Position numbers and translations under genes: made by a program
The notes under the pieces: generated by a model
Told to the model about the DNA's origin: nothing
Databases searched by the model: none
The model's input: only the letters and a program-made list of their open reading frames with translations
Source of the DNA: an uncultured Pseudomonadota bacterium
Lineage (GTDB): Bacteria > BMS3Abin14
Reading direction: 5' to 3'
Length of the DNA stretch: 15,516 bases
Assembly (NCBI GenBank): GCA_964454175.1
Contig: CAYVSA010000020.1
Location: 1 to 15,516, forward strand
In this document: positions 14,560 to 15,516 of the stretch, in pieces
How the letters are laid out: each line of letters starts with the position of its first letter
Numbering within the stretch: position 1 is the first letter of the stretch

Positions 14560-15516
14560 TCAGCCCTCGAGGGTCTCTCTGACAATTTTGATAAGATCCG
14601 CCGGCATGTAGGGTTTCTGGATGAATCCGGAAAGCCCCTTGCCGCTCAGCTGGCCTGTGGCTTCATCTTTCGAAAAGCCGCTGGAAAAGATGATCTTTAC
14701 ATCCTGGCTTATTGCCTTCATGCGATCGAACACCTCAATGCCTCCCATGTGGGGCATGGTCAGGTCGAGTATCACCAGGTCGATCTGGTCCTGGTTCTTC
14801 TCGAAGACATCAAGTCCCTCCCTTCCGTCAGGCGCAAGAAGAACTCTAATGCCCAACTCGGAAAGGACCATGGAGGCGATGTCGCGGACAGACTCCTCGT
14901 CGTCGATCACCAGCACGGTCGCTTCACTTCGCCACTGGTCGCTGGACCAACTGACTTTTTCGGTTTCTTTCGTCCGTTTGTCCGAAGCGGGCAGGAGGAC
15001 CTTGAAGGTCGTACCTTTCCCTGGTTCACTGTATATTTTTATGGCTCCACGGTGTCCCCGCACTATTCCCAGTACGGCGGCCATGCCCAGACCCCTTCCC
15101 ATGGGTTTGGTGGAAAAGAAGGGGTCGAATATCCTTTCCTGGACTTCATTTGTCATGCCGCAGCCGGTGTCGGAAACTTCAAGGAATACATATTGTCCGC
15201 TCTCAAGCTCATCGTCCAGGAGGGTGTCGGTGAGGTAGCTTTTGTCGCACTCACGACAGCCCGTGGTAACGGTAACGACTCCGCTGGTTTCCTCAACGGC
15301 GTCGGAGGCATTGGTGATCAGGTTCATTACCACCTGGCGGATCTGGGACGAGTCGGCTTCGACGGTGGGTATGCCCTTTGAGAGGTTGTACCGGACAAGG
15401 GCGTTCTTTGCCACTGCCGCCTGGAGCAGATGTCCCATCTCCTCCACGAGACTGTTCAGATCAAGGGGTTCTACCACGAACCTGCCTTTGCCCGAATAGG
15501 CGAGCATCTGGTTGGT
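14560..15516 (-). CDS. hybrid sensor histidine kinase/response regulator, C-terminal HATPase_c + REC portion (5'-truncated by the window edge)
   Basis: The translation continues in frame to the window end (rc of the last bases gives TNQMLAYSGKGR). Its first Met is internal. The N/G boxes are NLITNASDA and DTGCGM..GRGLGMAA. The receiver has VLVIDDEESV and ILDLTMPHMGG. It is clearly paralogous to the C-terminus of the 10545-14399 kinase. Confidence 0.85.
   Translation of the reverse strand, partial: TNQMLAYSGKGRFVVEPLDLNSLVEEMGHLLQAAVAKNALVRYNLSKGIPTVEADSSQIRQVVMNLITNASDAVEETSGVVTVTTGCRECDKSYLTDTLLDDELESGQYVFLEVSDTGCGMTNEVQERIFDPFFSTKPMGRGLGMAAVLGIVRGHRGAIKIYSEPGKGTTFKVLLPASDKRTKETEKVSWSSDQWRSEATVLVIDDEESVRDIASMVLSELGIRVLLAPDGREGLDVFEKNQDQIDLVILDLTMPHMGGIEVFDRMKAISQDVKIIFSSGFSKDEATGQLSGKGLSGFIQKPYMPADLIKIVRETLEG

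Noticed and set aside
1-15516. Mobile elements, integrases, transposases or prophage genes
   Set aside because: No such coding sequences, terminal inverted repeats or att-like duplications were seen. The intergenic heptamer arrays are the only repetitive DNA, and there is no GC-skewed island apart from the short AT-rich spacer at 9522-9735.

Overview
This is a roughly 55% GC bacterial chromosomal window, Gram-negative-like, with no mobile-element or CRISPR signatures. On the minus strand at the left are glmU and glmS, the end of the UDP-GlcNAc pathway, overlapping by one nucleotide. The divergent intergenic region at 3305-3580 carries a tandem heptamer array (GTTCCAT)n and a sigma70-like promoter. 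That promoter leads into a six-gene plus-strand cluster at 3581-9521, which is the most interesting part of the window. Its genes are two small uncharacterised helical proteins that share one reading frame and are separated by a single TAG; a YdjI-type SPFH protein (Band_7_1) ending in three tandem zinc ribbons; a 438-aa protein with two zinc ribbons, reminiscent of YdjG; a long-form NfeD membrane serine protease; and a classical p-stomatin. The gene order echoes the Bacillus pspA-ydjGHI membrane-stress module joined to an NfeD-stomatin pair, but there is no recognisable PspA. Further right are a putative T4-endoV-like pyrimidine-dimer glycosylase with an acidic extension, and a convergent terminator hairpin that overlaps the last codons of the neighbouring gene. 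That neighbour is a 1285-aa hybrid sensor kinase with a periplasmic domain, HAMP, four PAS domains, HisKA/HATPase and a receiver. The 5'-truncated C-terminal part of a tandem paralogous hybrid kinase follows. All functional calls come from reading the translated ORFs against remembered family signatures. No database search was run.
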